64,000 bases of DNA from Omnitrophica WOR_2 bacterium GWF2_43_52 (GTDB lineage: Bacteria; Omnitrophota; Gorgyraeia; Gygaellales; UBA12090). Positions 20,772 through 30,542 of this stretch are shown piece after piece. A program made the position numbers and the translations under genes. The number at the start of each line of letters is the position of its first letter. Position 1 is the stretch's first letter. The notes under the pieces are model-generated. The model was not told where the DNA came from. It did no database searches and saw only the letters and a list, made by a program, of their open reading frames with translations. The stretch is taken from positions 68,270 to 132,269 of the forward strand of contig MHGF01000029.1 in the NCBI GenBank assembly GCA_001805445.1, read 5' to 3'.

Positions 20772-20870
20772 CCAATAACCAAACAAAAACGGGTGAATTA
20801 CAAGAAGTCTGTTTATTGGCTATTGGGTATTGGAGTTTATTTGGTGTTTGAGATTTGGTGATTGGTAATT
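20768..20870. repeat. Junction hairpin, AACCAAT/ATTGG 7-8-mer repeats (asymmetric)
   Basis: ataaccaataaccaa ... tattggc tattggg tattgga ... atttggtg attggtaatt. Confidence 0.75.
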
Positions 20871-20878
20871 GCGATACA

Positions 20879-21913
20879 ATGCCTAAAACAAAAATAATCG
20901 CTACCCTCGGCCCATCGAGTTCAACTGAAACAATTATCCGGAAGATGGTTTTCGCGGGTATGGATGTTGCCCGGCTTAATTTTTCTCATGGCGATACAGC
21001 TGCTCATCAGGCGCGCTTAGATAGTGTTCGCCAGGTCAACCGGAAGTATCGGCGCAGAGTTAAAATTCTTCAGGATTTAGCGGGTAATCGGGTTAGAGTG
21101 GGCAAGCTTAAGGATACAGGGCCTGTTGAGCTCAAGAAGCGGGGAAAACTTTGGCTGCTTAGGAAAGAGATTGTCGGCAGTGATTGCGAGGTTCATCTCG
21201 ACTATAAAGGTTCATTTTTTGATATCCCTGCTGGAGCAGAGATTTTTATCGATGACGGCACTATCAGGCTTAAGGCCAAAAAGGTCTTAAAGGATAAGCT
21301 TCTTGCCGAAGTTATCGCAGGGGGATGGCTGAAAGAGCGAAAGGGAGTCAATATCCCGTTGGCGCGCCTAAAATTCCCGCGTATTACCGAGAAAGATATA
21401 CAGGATATTGGTTTTGGGATTAAGAATAAAGTTGAGTATATTGCCCAGTCTTTTGTTCGGGATAAACAAGATTGCCTGGCAGTAAAAAAACTTTTGAAAG
21501 AAAGGCATCCACAGTGCCTTTTTGCGGCAAAAATAGAATCGCGCATGGCAATAAGGAATATCGATGAGATTATAAAAGCAAGCGATTGTATTCTTATTGC
21601 CCGAGGGGATATGGGGATATGTGTACCTATATGGGAGGTCCCCGTAATCCAGAAAATGATTATAAAGAAATGCAATCAGATGAAGAAACCGGTGATTACC
21701 GCGACCCAGATGCTTGAGCATATGGTGGAATCTCTTCAGCCTACCCGGGCTGAAGTAACCGATGTAGCCAATGCCGTACTCGACGGCACAGATTGTGTGA
21801 TGCTTTCCGCCGAAACCGCCGCGGGCAGGTATCCGGTTGAAGCCGTATGGATGATGAACCAGATTATAAAATATACCGAGCGTTCATCGCTCCCTGTGAA
21901 AATATGCCGCTGA
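20879..21913 (+). CDS. pyk: Pyruvate kinase, short form
   Basis: KTKIIATLGP, ARLNFSHG, AKIE, ARGDMG, ATQMLE, TRAEVTDVANA, MLSAETA. Confidence 0.95.
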   Translation: MPKTKIIATLGPSSSTETIIRKMVFAGMDVARLNFSHGDTAAHQARLDSVRQVNRKYRRRVKILQDLAGNRVRVGKLKDTGPVELKKRGKLWLLRKEIVGSDCEVHLDYKGSFFDIPAGAEIFIDDGTIRLKAKKVLKDKLLAEVIAGGWLKERKGVNIPLARLKFPRITEKDIQDIGFGIKNKVEYIAQSFVRDKQDCLAVKKLLKERHPQCLFAAKIESRMAIRNIDEIIKASDCILIARGDMGICVPIWEVPVIQKMIIKKCNQMKKPVITATQMLEHMVESLQPTRAEVTDVANAVLDGTDCVMLSAETAAGRYPVEAVWMMNQIIKYTERSSLPVKICR

Positions 21914-22650
21914 CAGAGGTTTTGCCGGATACCCCGGGCTACTATATGTTTGATGATTTTAAAGCATATCATTGTCTTGCTGCTTTTAGCAGCGGCAAGC
22001 AGGATTTAGGCTTTCAAAATAATCCTAACCTTAGAAAAAACCGCAGCCAGTTCTTGCAAAAATTAGCAATTCCTTCGCGTGAGCTGGTATGTTTACAGCA
22101 GGTTCACGGGAATAATGTTTTTGTGGCTACGAAAAAAGACAAAGGGCATGGCGCTTATGATTATGCTTTGGCGATTCCAGGTTATGACGGGATAATTACC
22201 GCGGAGCCTCAGTTACCTCTTGCAGTCTTTACCGCGGATTGCCTTTCTGTTTTTATGCTTGATACCGAGAAGAGAGTGGCAGCGGTATTACATTCCGGCT
22301 GGAGAGGGACAAGAGATAATATTGTAGGGGTTACCCTTGATATCATGAGCAGTAAATTCTCAAGCCGGGTGGAAAACATCATCTGCGGTTTAGGCCCGGG
22401 CATTCGCTCGTGCTGTTACGAAGTAGGCACTGAGTTTAAGGGATATTTCTCTCAAGGGTTACTTAAAAGAAAAGGTAAAATCTTCTTGGATCTGGCGCGG
22501 ACCAACCTTTCGCAATTACGCGGTGCCGGGATAAAACCAGAGCATCTCTATGACTGCGGTATATGCACCTGTTGCCGGAGGGATTTCTTTTCTTACCGCC
22601 GCGACGGCCAGGCCGCGGGAAGAATGATGTCGGTGATTATGTTAGAGTAA
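21904..22650 (+). CDS. pgeF: Peptidoglycan editing factor PgeF / YfiH family
   Basis: QVHG, TADC, HSGWRG, GPGIRSCCYEV, CTCC, FFSYRR; start uncertain. Confidence 0.88.
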   Translation: MPLTEVLPDTPGYYMFDDFKAYHCLAAFSSGKQDLGFQNNPNLRKNRSQFLQKLAIPSRELVCLQQVHGNNVFVATKKDKGHGAYDYALAIPGYDGIITAEPQLPLAVFTADCLSVFMLDTEKRVAAVLHSGWRGTRDNIVGVTLDIMSSKFSSRVENIICGLGPGIRSCCYEVGTEFKGYFSQGLLKRKGKIFLDLARTNLSQLRGAGIKPEHLYDCGICTCCRRDFFSYRRDGQAAGRMMSVIMLE

Positions 22651-22667
22651 GAGAAAGGATACTGAGA

Positions 22668-22742
22668 GGTCAATAGCCGATAGTCTATAGTCAATAAAAA
22701 CGATAGACCATAGACTATTGACAATAGACCTGCAACTATTGA
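22668..22742. repeat. Junction hairpin, TAGTCTA family copy 2
   Basis: ggtcaa tagccga tagtcta tagtcaa / tagacca tagacta ttgacaa tagacc. Confidence 0.88.
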
Positions 22743-22771
22743 TTTTTAAAATTTAAAATATAGGAGAAGCA

Positions 22772-23248
22772 ATGGCAAAGATACTGTTAGCCTATTATTC
22801 ACAAAGCGGGCATACCAAGAAAATGGCTGAGTTTATTTTTGAAGGCATGAAAAAGGAAAGTGTTGATGTGGTTTTGAAGAATGTGGAAGATATCAAGGTT
22901 GATGAGCTTTTGGATTATCAGGGCATTGTCTTTGGCTCTCCTGTCTATTACGGCTCAATGGCAGCCGCCATAAAGAAGCTTTTTGACGACTCGGTTAAGT
23001 TCCATACAAAATTAGACGGGCGGGTCGGCGGTGCCTTTGCCTCAAGCGCTAATATCGGAGGAGGCAATGAAACCACTATCCTGGATATCTTGAATGCCAT
23101 GCTTATTCATGGTATGATAATTCAAGGTGACCCTAAAGGAGACCATTATGGCCCTGTGTCAATCGGTATGCCTGACGAGCGTTCACAGAAGCAGTGCCTG
23201 CGCTATGGAGAAAGAATAGCCCGATTAGTGAAGAAGGTGTTCCCATAA
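22772..23248 (+). CDS. Flavodoxin / WrbA-like NAD(P)H-dependent oxidoreductase
   Basis: YYSQSGHT, GSPVYYG, GGGNETT. Confidence 0.88.
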   Translation: MAKILLAYYSQSGHTKKMAEFIFEGMKKESVDVVLKNVEDIKVDELLDYQGIVFGSPVYYGSMAAAIKKLFDDSVKFHTKLDGRVGGAFASSANIGGGNETTILDILNAMLIHGMIIQGDPKGDHYGPVSIGMPDERSQKQCLRYGERIARLVKKVFP

Positions 23249-23257
23249 AGAGCGGGG

Positions 23258-23410
23258 TAGTAACACGTTAAAAGCGGATATCGGGTGATTAGGATATCGG
23301 GATTTGGGTATCAGGAGATTAGGGGATTGGGAATATTTGCTTTTATTTTTGTTCCTAATATCCTGATATCCTAATTACCAGATCCTAATTTCCTGATTAC
23401 CTAATCTTCG
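23258..23410. repeat. Junction hairpin, 8-mer GGRDATYR family copy 3
   Basis: Head tagtaacacgttaaaagcg, seven G-rich units, seven complementary units. Confidence 0.9.
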
Positions 23411-23446
23411 TATAGAGGATAGTTAATTTCACAGAGGAGGATAGTT

Positions 23447-23680
23447 ATGCATATCGTAACCGTGTATTCTACCCCCAATTGCCCGTATTGCGTGCGTTTA
23501 AAAGCACATTTGAGCCAACAAGGGATTGCTTTTACCAATCTTGATGTTTCTGTGGATAAGGTTAGTTTGGATAAGATGATAGAAATTTCCGGACAGATGG
23601 GTGTTCCGGTAATCGATATTGACGGCCAGATTGTGGTGGGGTTTGAGAAAGAGAAGATCGATAATTTGTTAGCCAGTTAG
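23447..23680 (+). CDS. Glutaredoxin-like (NrdH-type) protein
   Basis: CPYC, GQMGVPVI; SD aggagg. Confidence 0.92.
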   Translation: MHIVTVYSTPNCPYCVRLKAHLSQQGIAFTNLDVSVDKVSLDKMIEISGQMGVPVIDIDGQIVVGFEKEKIDNLLAS

Positions 23681-23724
23681 CCGGTTTGCGGGTTAACCGG
23701 TTTACCCGCAAACCCGTTAACCAA
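23669..23724. repeat. Junction hairpin, CCGGTT 8-mer repeats
   Basis: tagccagt tagccggt ttgcgggt taaccggt ttacccgc aaacccgt taacca; overlaps the glutaredoxin stop. Confidence 0.8.
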
Positions 23725-23742
23725 TTTTATATTTTATTTTAA

Positions 23743-24054
23743 ATGTATATTGTTATCTTCGTTACTGCAGGTTCAAAAGAAGAAGCGCAAAAAATAATTC
23801 AAGGCTTACTTCAGGAGAAATTAGTTGCCTGTGGCACTATAATTGATGGGGCAGAGTCTCATTTTTGGTGGCAGGGAAAGATCGATCAGGCAAAAGAAAC
23901 ACTGCTTATCCTAAAAACAAGAAAAGCCTTGTTTCCCAAAGTAGTAAAGAAAGTGAAGTCTTTGCATAGCTATGAGGTCCCGGAAATTATAGCCTTGCCG
24001 ATTGTTGCGGGCAATAAGCAGTATCTAGAGTGGATTGATGAATCTACAAGGTAA
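23743..24054 (+). CDS. cutA: Divalent-cation tolerance protein CutA
   Basis: LVAC, S.FWWQG, LHSYEVPEII, YLEWI. Confidence 0.94.
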   Translation: MYIVIFVTAGSKEEAQKIIQGLLQEKLVACGTIIDGAESHFWWQGKIDQAKETLLILKTRKALFPKVVKKVKSLHSYEVPEIIALPIVAGNKQYLEWIDESTR

Positions 24055-24709
24055 TTTTCTCGATTACATAGGCGCATTCTTGGGAGGATTAGTAGTAAGT
24101 TTTTCTCCCTGTGTGTATCCTCTCATCCCTGTAGTTTTGGGTATTATAGGAGCAAAAGGCGCAGGGAGCCACGTAAAAGGTTTCTATTTAAGCTTAGTCT
24201 ATGTTCTTGGCCTTGCGGTTACGTATTCTGTATTAGGGCTTATTGCCGCGCTTACAGGGAGATTATTTGGCCAGATTTCAAGCCATCCCCTTTCTTTTTT
24301 GGTTGTAGGCAATATTTGTATTATTGCCGGGTTATCTTTTCTTGATGTTATACCTTTGAATTTTCCGGGTATTCATCTGGAGGGTAAAGTTAAACACACA
24401 GGTACTTATTTTTCCGCATTTTTGCTTGGGCTTGTTTCCGGACTTGGCGTGGGATCTTGTACTGCTCCAATGCTGGGGGTAATACTCAACTATGTCGCAA
24501 TTAAGCAAAATCTGGTTTATGGCGCAAGCCTTTTATTTGTTTTTGCATGTGGCGTCGGTTTTTTATTAATTTTGGTGGGGGCATTTAGCTCATTATTAGT
24601 TAATTTACCGAGATCAGGAAAATGGCTTATGCACATAAAGAAAACCTGTGGCTTTATTCTGATTGCTATCGGCGAGTATTTCCTTATAAAAGCGGGGAGG
24701 TTTATGTGA
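24038..24709 (+). CDS. CcdA/DsbD-type thiol-disulfide transmembrane protein
   Basis: SPCVYPLIP, CTAP, six hydrophobic segments, LPRSGKW. Confidence 0.9.
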   Translation: MNLQGNFLDYIGAFLGGLVVSFSPCVYPLIPVVLGIIGAKGAGSHVKGFYLSLVYVLGLAVTYSVLGLIAALTGRLFGQISSHPLSFLVVGNICIIAGLSFLDVIPLNFPGIHLEGKVKHTGTYFSAFLLGLVSGLGVGSCTAPMLGVILNYVAIKQNLVYGASLLFVFACGVGFLLILVGAFSSLLVNLPRSGKWLMHIKKTCGFILIAIGEYFLIKAGRFM

Positions 24710-25329
24710 AGAAAGAAGTATTTTTAAATATTGGGTTGATAGTAACGCTACAGTTTATCCTTTCTTCTTGCAGCGGAACCGTTAAAACGCAACCTTCTGC
24801 TCAAGGGGAGGTTAAGGAGAGTGTTCCGATAAGCAAGGCACTTGAGGTTCCTTCTGTCCCTGAAGCTGTTTCTTTTGTTTCTCAGCCAGTCAAAGATGTT
24901 TTTCCTGCCCCTGTTATAAGGAAGCAGGGTGTCTTTGAAACCCTTGATTTTACCATTAGTGATTTGGATGGTAAACAGGTTAGTTTAAGCGATTTTGCGG
25001 GTAAACCTGTAATATTATTCTTTTGGGCGGTCTGGTGTCCTTTTTGTACTGAAGAATTGCCGCATCTTCAAAAGCAGTATCCGAATATCAAAGCCAAGGG
25101 GATAGAAGTGCTGGCAATCGATATTAATGATTCTCCCGAACGGCTTAAAAAATTTCTGAGTAGGCGTGCTATAACGTTGCCTGTTCTTATGGATGAAAAA
25201 AGTCACGTTGCAACAGCGTATAAAGTAATTGGTATCCCTACCTATGTTTTAATTAATGCCAATGGTGAGATACAGTTCCATGGCAATATCCTTCCTGACA
25301 CATATCTTGAGCTCTTAGCCGAGAAATAA
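24706..25329 (+). CDS. TlpA-family disulfide reductase, lipoprotein-like
   Basis: FWAVWCPFC..ELP, GIPT; LSSC lipobox; probable GTG start overlapping the ccdA stop. Confidence 0.88.
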   Translation: MKKEVFLNIGLIVTLQFILSSCSGTVKTQPSAQGEVKESVPISKALEVPSVPEAVSFVSQPVKDVFPAPVIRKQGVFETLDFTISDLDGKQVSLSDFAGKPVILFFWAVWCPFCTEELPHLQKQYPNIKAKGIEVLAIDINDSPERLKKFLSRRAITLPVLMDEKSHVATAYKVIGIPTYVLINANGEIQFHGNILPDTYLELLAEK

Positions 25330-25330
25330 T

Positions 25331-26695
25331 ATGCGCCGTTTGAGCCTTTTGCTTGACCTCTACGAGCTTACCATGGCGGCAAGCTTTTTTGAGCAGAAGG
25401 TAAGGCTCCAGGCGACCTTTGACCTTTTTGTCCGCACACTGCCTGAAAACCGTTCTTTTTTTGTTGCTGCGGGCTTAGAAAATGCCCTGAAATTCCTCGA
25501 AGGATTTTCCTTTAGCCCGCAGGATATCGATTTCTTAAAGCAAAAAGGAATTTTTAAGGACGCCTTCCTTGATTATTTAAAAACCTTGCGCTTTACCGGA
25601 AGCGTCCACGGCTTACCTGAGGGGACAGTATTCTTTCCTAATGAACCGCTGATACGGATAACCGCTCCTATCATTGAGGCGCAACTGGTCGAAAGCTGTC
25701 TCCTGAATACATGTAATGTCGCGACGACGCTTTGTTCCAAAGCTTCCCGGGTGGTAGTGGCTGCTAAAGGAAGGGGTGTTTATGATTTTTCTCTGCGCCG
25801 TACTCAAGGAGCGGACGCGGCAATGGCTGCGTCACGCTCAAGCTATATCGCGGGCTGTTGCGGAACTTCAAATACCCTGGCAGGTTTGACCTACGGCATT
25901 CCTGTTGCCGGCACTATGGCGCATTCGTTTGTGCTGTCCTTTAAGTCAGAATTAGAAAGCTTTCGCGCCTATGCCTCTACGTTTCCTGATACTACAACAC
26001 TTTTAGTTGATACCTATGATTATTATAGGGGTGTTGCCAACGCGATTACCGTGGCGAAGGAATTAGAGGTAAAGGGGCATGCCTTAAAAGCTATACGGCT
26101 CGATAGCGGAGATTTAGCCGCGATTTCAAAACGCGCGCGGAGAGTGTTAAATGAAGCAGGTTTATCCCATGTCAAAATCTTAGCTAGCGGTAACCTTGAT
26201 GAATTTAAAATCGGAAAATTAATCGCGCGGGGCGCGAAGATAGATGTTTTTGGGGTAGGTACAAATATGGGTGTTTCAAGCGATGCGCCTTATTTGGATG
26301 TGATCTACAAATTAAGCCAAATAAGCGACACCAAAGGCAGGGTAAGCCCTGTGATGAAACTGAGTAAAGAAAAAGTGACCTATCCGGGCATAAAACAGGT
26401 TTTTCGCGTCTACACCAAGAAAGGCCTTTACCAGAAAGATAGTATTGGCTTGGAAGGAGAAAAGGTTGAGGGCAAGCCCTTACTTGAAAAGGTTATGGAA
26501 CGTGGTAAAATAACAATTGTTTATCCGTCCTTGGAGAAGATAAGAAGCTTTGCCGCGGATAACCTTAAGGCGCTTCCTACGAAATACAAAAACTTGAAAG
26601 GCCGGATACGCTATCCTGTAATCTTGAGCCGCTCTTTACAACGAATGATCGTAAAGGTAAGAAAGGCCAGTAGCAGTAAGAGCGCAAAGGTATGA
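25331..26695 (+). CDS. pncB: Nicotinate phosphoribosyltransferase
   Basis: DLYELTM, DFSLRR, GTMAHS, LVDTYD, RLDSGD, FGVGT. Confidence 0.95.
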   Translation: MRRLSLLLDLYELTMAASFFEQKVRLQATFDLFVRTLPENRSFFVAAGLENALKFLEGFSFSPQDIDFLKQKGIFKDAFLDYLKTLRFTGSVHGLPEGTVFFPNEPLIRITAPIIEAQLVESCLLNTCNVATTLCSKASRVVVAAKGRGVYDFSLRRTQGADAAMAASRSSYIAGCCGTSNTLAGLTYGIPVAGTMAHSFVLSFKSELESFRAYASTFPDTTTLLVDTYDYYRGVANAITVAKELEVKGHALKAIRLDSGDLAAISKRARRVLNEAGLSHVKILASGNLDEFKIGKLIARGAKIDVFGVGTNMGVSSDAPYLDVIYKLSQISDTKGRVSPVMKLSKEKVTYPGIKQVFRVYTKKGLYQKDSIGLEGEKVEGKPLLEKVMERGKITIVYPSLEKIRSFAADNLKALPTKYKNLKGRIRYPVILSRSLQRMIVKVRKASSSKSAKV

Positions 26696-27312
26696 AAGAA
26701 ATAGTTTTTATTGATATTGATACCCAGGTTGATTTTGTGCTTCCTTATGGGAAACTCTACGTCCCGGGCGCGGAAACGCTTATTCCTCATTTCAAGGCTT
26801 TAACCGCGATTGCCCGTAAGAATGACATTCAGATCATTTCCTCCGTAGATACCCATATAAAAAATGACCCTGAATTTAAGCAATTTCCCGCGCACTGTGT
26901 CGTAGGAAGCAAGGGACAGAAGAAAATACCCCAGACGTTGCTTAAAAGGCGCCTCTTTATCCCTGCTACTATTATCAAAAAGAAAGAATTGTTACGCAGG
27001 ATTAAAGGCTATAAGCAGCTTATAGTACAAAAAGACAATATATACATTTTTATGGATTTAAACCTGTTGCGGATACTTAAACCTTTTAAAGCTGCCTTTG
27101 TGTATGGCGTGGCCTTGGATTATTGTGTAAGAGCGGCAGTTTTGGATTTGCTTCGGGCAGGGCTTACGGTAAACATAATAGTGGATGCGGTCCAAGCAAT
27201 CCAGTATCAAGAGGGTAAAATATTCTTGGCTCAATTGAAAAAGTATGGCGTGAAATTAATCAGAACAAAAGATGCCCTATCGGAAATTAAAAAGTATGAG
27301 TATGCGCAATAA
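26692..27312 (+). CDS. pncA: Nicotinamidase (isochorismatase family)
   Basis: ID.Q.DF, DTH, FPAHC, GVALDYCV; coupled to pncB. Confidence 0.85.
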   Translation: MKEIVFIDIDTQVDFVLPYGKLYVPGAETLIPHFKALTAIARKNDIQIISSVDTHIKNDPEFKQFPAHCVVGSKGQKKIPQTLLKRRLFIPATIIKKKELLRRIKGYKQLIVQKDNIYIFMDLNLLRILKPFKAAFVYGVALDYCVRAAVLDLLRAGLTVNIIVDAVQAIQYQEGKIFLAQLKKYGVKLIRTKDALSEIKKYEYAQ

Positions 27313-30300
27313 GCCTCACTACTATCTTAACCAAGAAGGAACATTTGTCATTGAGAATTACCATATGGCAAAACCCTTTTCCAGTTTCTTTCCCGGCATT
27401 GCCGGAGTATGGGGAATTCCTTTATGGGCATTTTATGTGAATAGGGGCCAGGCAATAGCGAGCTTTGGGATAAAAGATAAGGATCATCCGATTCTTGAAT
27501 TTTATCCCGCGAATAAGGCCTATCAATTCACCTCACTATTGGGTTTCCGCACTTTTATTAAAATAGCTAAGGGCAAAAAAGATATTTTTTACGATGCGTT
27601 CCATAATGGGGCAAGCTCGCTCTGTTTTGATATAGAAAATAAAATGTATATCAATGCATCAGAGCTTAAACTCAAAGAGCTCAATCGTACGCTTGGATTA
27701 GAAGTTGAGGTGGAGTATTTTTCTATTCCTAACGATAATTACGCGGCCCTCGCAAGAAGGCTTTTCGTGAGGAATGTTTCAAAACATACGGCAGCACTTG
27801 AATTCTTAGACGGCCTGCCGCAGATTATTCCCTATGGGATGAATACCTTTTTATTGAAGGAGATGTCCCGGACTATCGAGGCATGGATGGATGTGGAAAA
27901 TCTTGAGAATGGCATTGCCTATCTGCGCCTAAGGCAAGACCCCGCGGATAGGCCTGAAGTAGCGCATATCAGCGAGGGGAATTTTTACGCGGCATTTGAT
28001 GGCCAATCGTTAATTGCCCCGATAGTAGACCCGCGGCTCATTTTCGGCAGTGTCAGTGATTTTACGTATCCGCAAAGCTTTATGTCTAAGGCTGCCTTTC
28101 GGTATCCTCACAAACAGCTTACTACCAGCCGCACACCTTGCAGTTTCGCGTATCGCGCGATAAAACTTAAGCCACACCAAGTGTACAGCCTGTATTCTTT
28201 AATCGGTAGCATGGACAGCCTGCAGAAACTGAAGCTTAATGCCAAGCGAATTACCTCAAAGGACTATTTTTTCCGGAAGCAGGCGGAAAACAGAAAGGTT
28301 ATCACTGACATAGAGAGTGTGGTGGAGACTCACTCTTCCTCAAAAAGCCTTGATTTTTATACCCGTCAGAATTTCCTGGATAATGTGCTGCGGGGAGGAT
28401 GCCCCGTAGCCATGGATACGAAAAGTGGAAAAATAAATATCCAGCTTTTTTCGCGTAAACACGGTGACCCTGAGCGGGATTACAATAGGTTTCTGCTTGA
28501 GCCAACCTATTTGTCTCAGGGCAACGGCAATTATCGTGATGCCAATCAGAATAGAAGAAGCGATATTTGGTTTAATCCCGCGGTTAAAGAATCTGGGCTT
28601 TTTACTTTCTTTAACCTCCTGCAGGCAGATGGCTATAATCCTTTGATATTAAAACCGGATCAATTTTTGTTTCAAGGCAGGCCAGAATCCTTCAACAGGT
28701 TTTTTAAGAGCGAAGATGCCAAAAAAGTAAAAAAACTTCTGGAGAAACCTTTCACTCCCGGTGAACTCTTCTTTTTTATTGAGCATACGCTCTTTAAAGG
28801 GCTGAAGGTTTTTGAAAAAAAGGAAGAGTTTTTATCCATTATTTTGGCGCATTCCGCGCGTATCCTTAGCGCGGAGCACGGTGAAGGCTTTTGGATTGAC
28901 CATTGGGCATACTGCCTTGACCTTTTAGAAGCATATATAAGCCTTTATCCTGAGAAGTTACAGCATATTCTTGTGGAACATAAAGAATTCACCTTTTTCG
29001 ATAATAGTGAAGTCTTAAGGCCAAGAAGTGAGAGATATGTTGTAAAAGACGCTAAGGTGTTCCAGTATCATTCGGTAGTCAATAACCATGCCAAACTCGC
29101 GATGATTAAGAAACGCGGCAGCCTTGCTCACGTAATGCGCGCGCGGCGCGGGCAAGGGGATATCTATAAGACAAGCTTATTCGTTAAAATGCTTGTGGTC
29201 ATTGCCAATAAATTTTCCAGCCTTGACCCTTGTGGCGTAGGGGTGGAGATGGAAGCCAACAAGCCTAATTGGTACGATGCCTTAAATGGACTTCCAGGGC
29301 TTTTAGGCTCATCAACCTGTGAAACCTTTGAATTAAAACGGTGGCTTATTTTTATAAAAGAAAATCTCGCGAACATGGCGCTAGGAAACGGTTATAGTAT
29401 TTTGTTGCCTGTTGAGGCCTATGATTTATTGCGTGGTTTAGGCATTCTCGCGCGGTCTGAAGTAAACGAGTATGATTTTTGGGATAAGTCTCACGCGTTA
29501 AGGGAAGAATACCTGAAAAGAACCCTCATGGGTTTTGAGGGGCAGGAGATAGCCGTTTCTCTCTCTGAAGTAGATTCTATTGCGGAGAGTTTCTTGAAGA
29601 AAATAGACTCCGGACTAAAGAAGGCTTATGATACAACGCGCAAACTGTATTTTTCTTACTTTATTAATGAGGTTACGGAATACGAGAACGTAGAGGCTCA
29701 TGAGCATGGCCATTGTGTAAAGCCAAAAGAATTCAGCCAAAAGCCCTTGCCGTTATTCTTAGAAGGCATCGTGCATTCTTTAAGGGTTACTGAGGATCAG
29801 GCGGAGGCAAAGAAAATATTCCAATCTGTGCGCGGTAGCCCGCTCTATGATAGGAAATTAAGAATGTATAAGGTGAACGCGCCCCTTAAGGATATGCCTG
29901 AGGAAATCGGCCGCTGCCGCGTGTTTACCCCGGGCTGGCTTGAGAATGAATCTATCTGGCTGCATATGGAGTATAAGTACATTTTAGAACTGTTAAAAAA
30001 CGGGCTGTATGATGAATTCTTTGAAGATTTCAAAAATGTGCTCATTCCTTTTCAGAATCCTGAGCGTTATGGAAGAAGTATTTTAGAAAATTCTTCTTTT
30101 CTGGTTTCCAGCGCTTTCCCGGATGAAACATTACATGGCAACGGCTTTGTGGCCCGTTTAAGCGGCTCAACCGCGGAATTTATCAGTATCTGGCTTCTTA
30201 TGTGCGTGGGCAAGAAGCCCTTTTATCTGGATAAAGATAAGAAGCTTTGTTTAGAATTTAAACCTGCCTTGCCTTCGTGGCTCTTTAGCCAAAAAGCGCA

Positions 30301-30535
30301 AAACGGCCTTCCTAAAAATACCTTCGCCTTTAAATTCCTTACTAAAACCCTCGTGGTGTATCATAATCAAAAACGCAAAGACACCTTTGGCCCTCAAGCG
30401 GCAAAAATGAAAGAAATAACGATAACGTATGGTGATACCACTGCCTCTGTTATAGCCGCATCCGTTATTTCATCCCCAGCGGCTCAAAATATCCGAGAAG
30501 GCAAGGCCTCGCGGATAGATATAGTGCTGTCTTAA
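27296..30535 (+). CDS. Large glycoside phosphorylase, GH161-like (beta-1,3-glucan phosphorylase)
   Basis: PFSSFFPGIAG..GIP.W.FYVNRGQ, SRKHGD.ERDYN, QGNGNYRD.NQNRR, GWLENESIWLHMEYKY; start 27296 or 27302. Confidence 0.75.
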   Translation: MSMRNKPHYYLNQEGTFVIENYHMAKPFSSFFPGIAGVWGIPLWAFYVNRGQAIASFGIKDKDHPILEFYPANKAYQFTSLLGFRTFIKIAKGKKDIFYDAFHNGASSLCFDIENKMYINASELKLKELNRTLGLEVEVEYFSIPNDNYAALARRLFVRNVSKHTAALEFLDGLPQIIPYGMNTFLLKEMSRTIEAWMDVENLENGIAYLRLRQDPADRPEVAHISEGNFYAAFDGQSLIAPIVDPRLIFGSVSDFTYPQSFMSKAAFRYPHKQLTTSRTPCSFAYRAIKLKPHQVYSLYSLIGSMDSLQKLKLNAKRITSKDYFFRKQAENRKVITDIESVVETHSSSKSLDFYTRQNFLDNVLRGGCPVAMDTKSGKINIQLFSRKHGDPERDYNRFLLEPTYLSQGNGNYRDANQNRRSDIWFNPAVKESGLFTFFNLLQADGYNPLILKPDQFLFQGRPESFNRFFKSEDAKKVKKLLEKPFTPGELFFFIEHTLFKGLKVFEKKEEFLSIILAHSARILSAEHGEGFWIDHWAYCLDLLEAYISLYPEKLQHILVEHKEFTFFDNSEVLRPRSERYVVKDAKVFQYHSVVNNHAKLAMIKKRGSLAHVMRARRGQGDIYKTSLFVKMLVVIANKFSSLDPCGVGVEMEANKPNWYDALNGLPGLLGSSTCETFELKRWLIFIKENLANMALGNGYSILLPVEAYDLLRGLGILARSEVNEYDFWDKSHALREEYLKRTLMGFEGQEIAVSLSEVDSIAESFLKKIDSGLKKAYDTTRKLYFSYFINEVTEYENVEAHEHGHCVKPKEFSQKPLPLFLEGIVHSLRVTEDQAEAKKIFQSVRGSPLYDRKLRMYKVNAPLKDMPEEIGRCRVFTPGWLENESIWLHMEYKYILELLKNGLYDEFFEDFKNVLIPFQNPERYGRSILENSSFLVSSAFPDETLHGNGFVARLSGSTAEFISIWLLMCVGKKPFYLDKDKKLCLEFKPALPSWLFSQKAQNGLPKNTFAFKFLTKTLVVYHNQKRKDTFGPQAAKMKEITITYGDTTASVIAASVISSPAAQNIREGKASRIDIVLS

Positions 30536-30542
30536 AAAAAAC

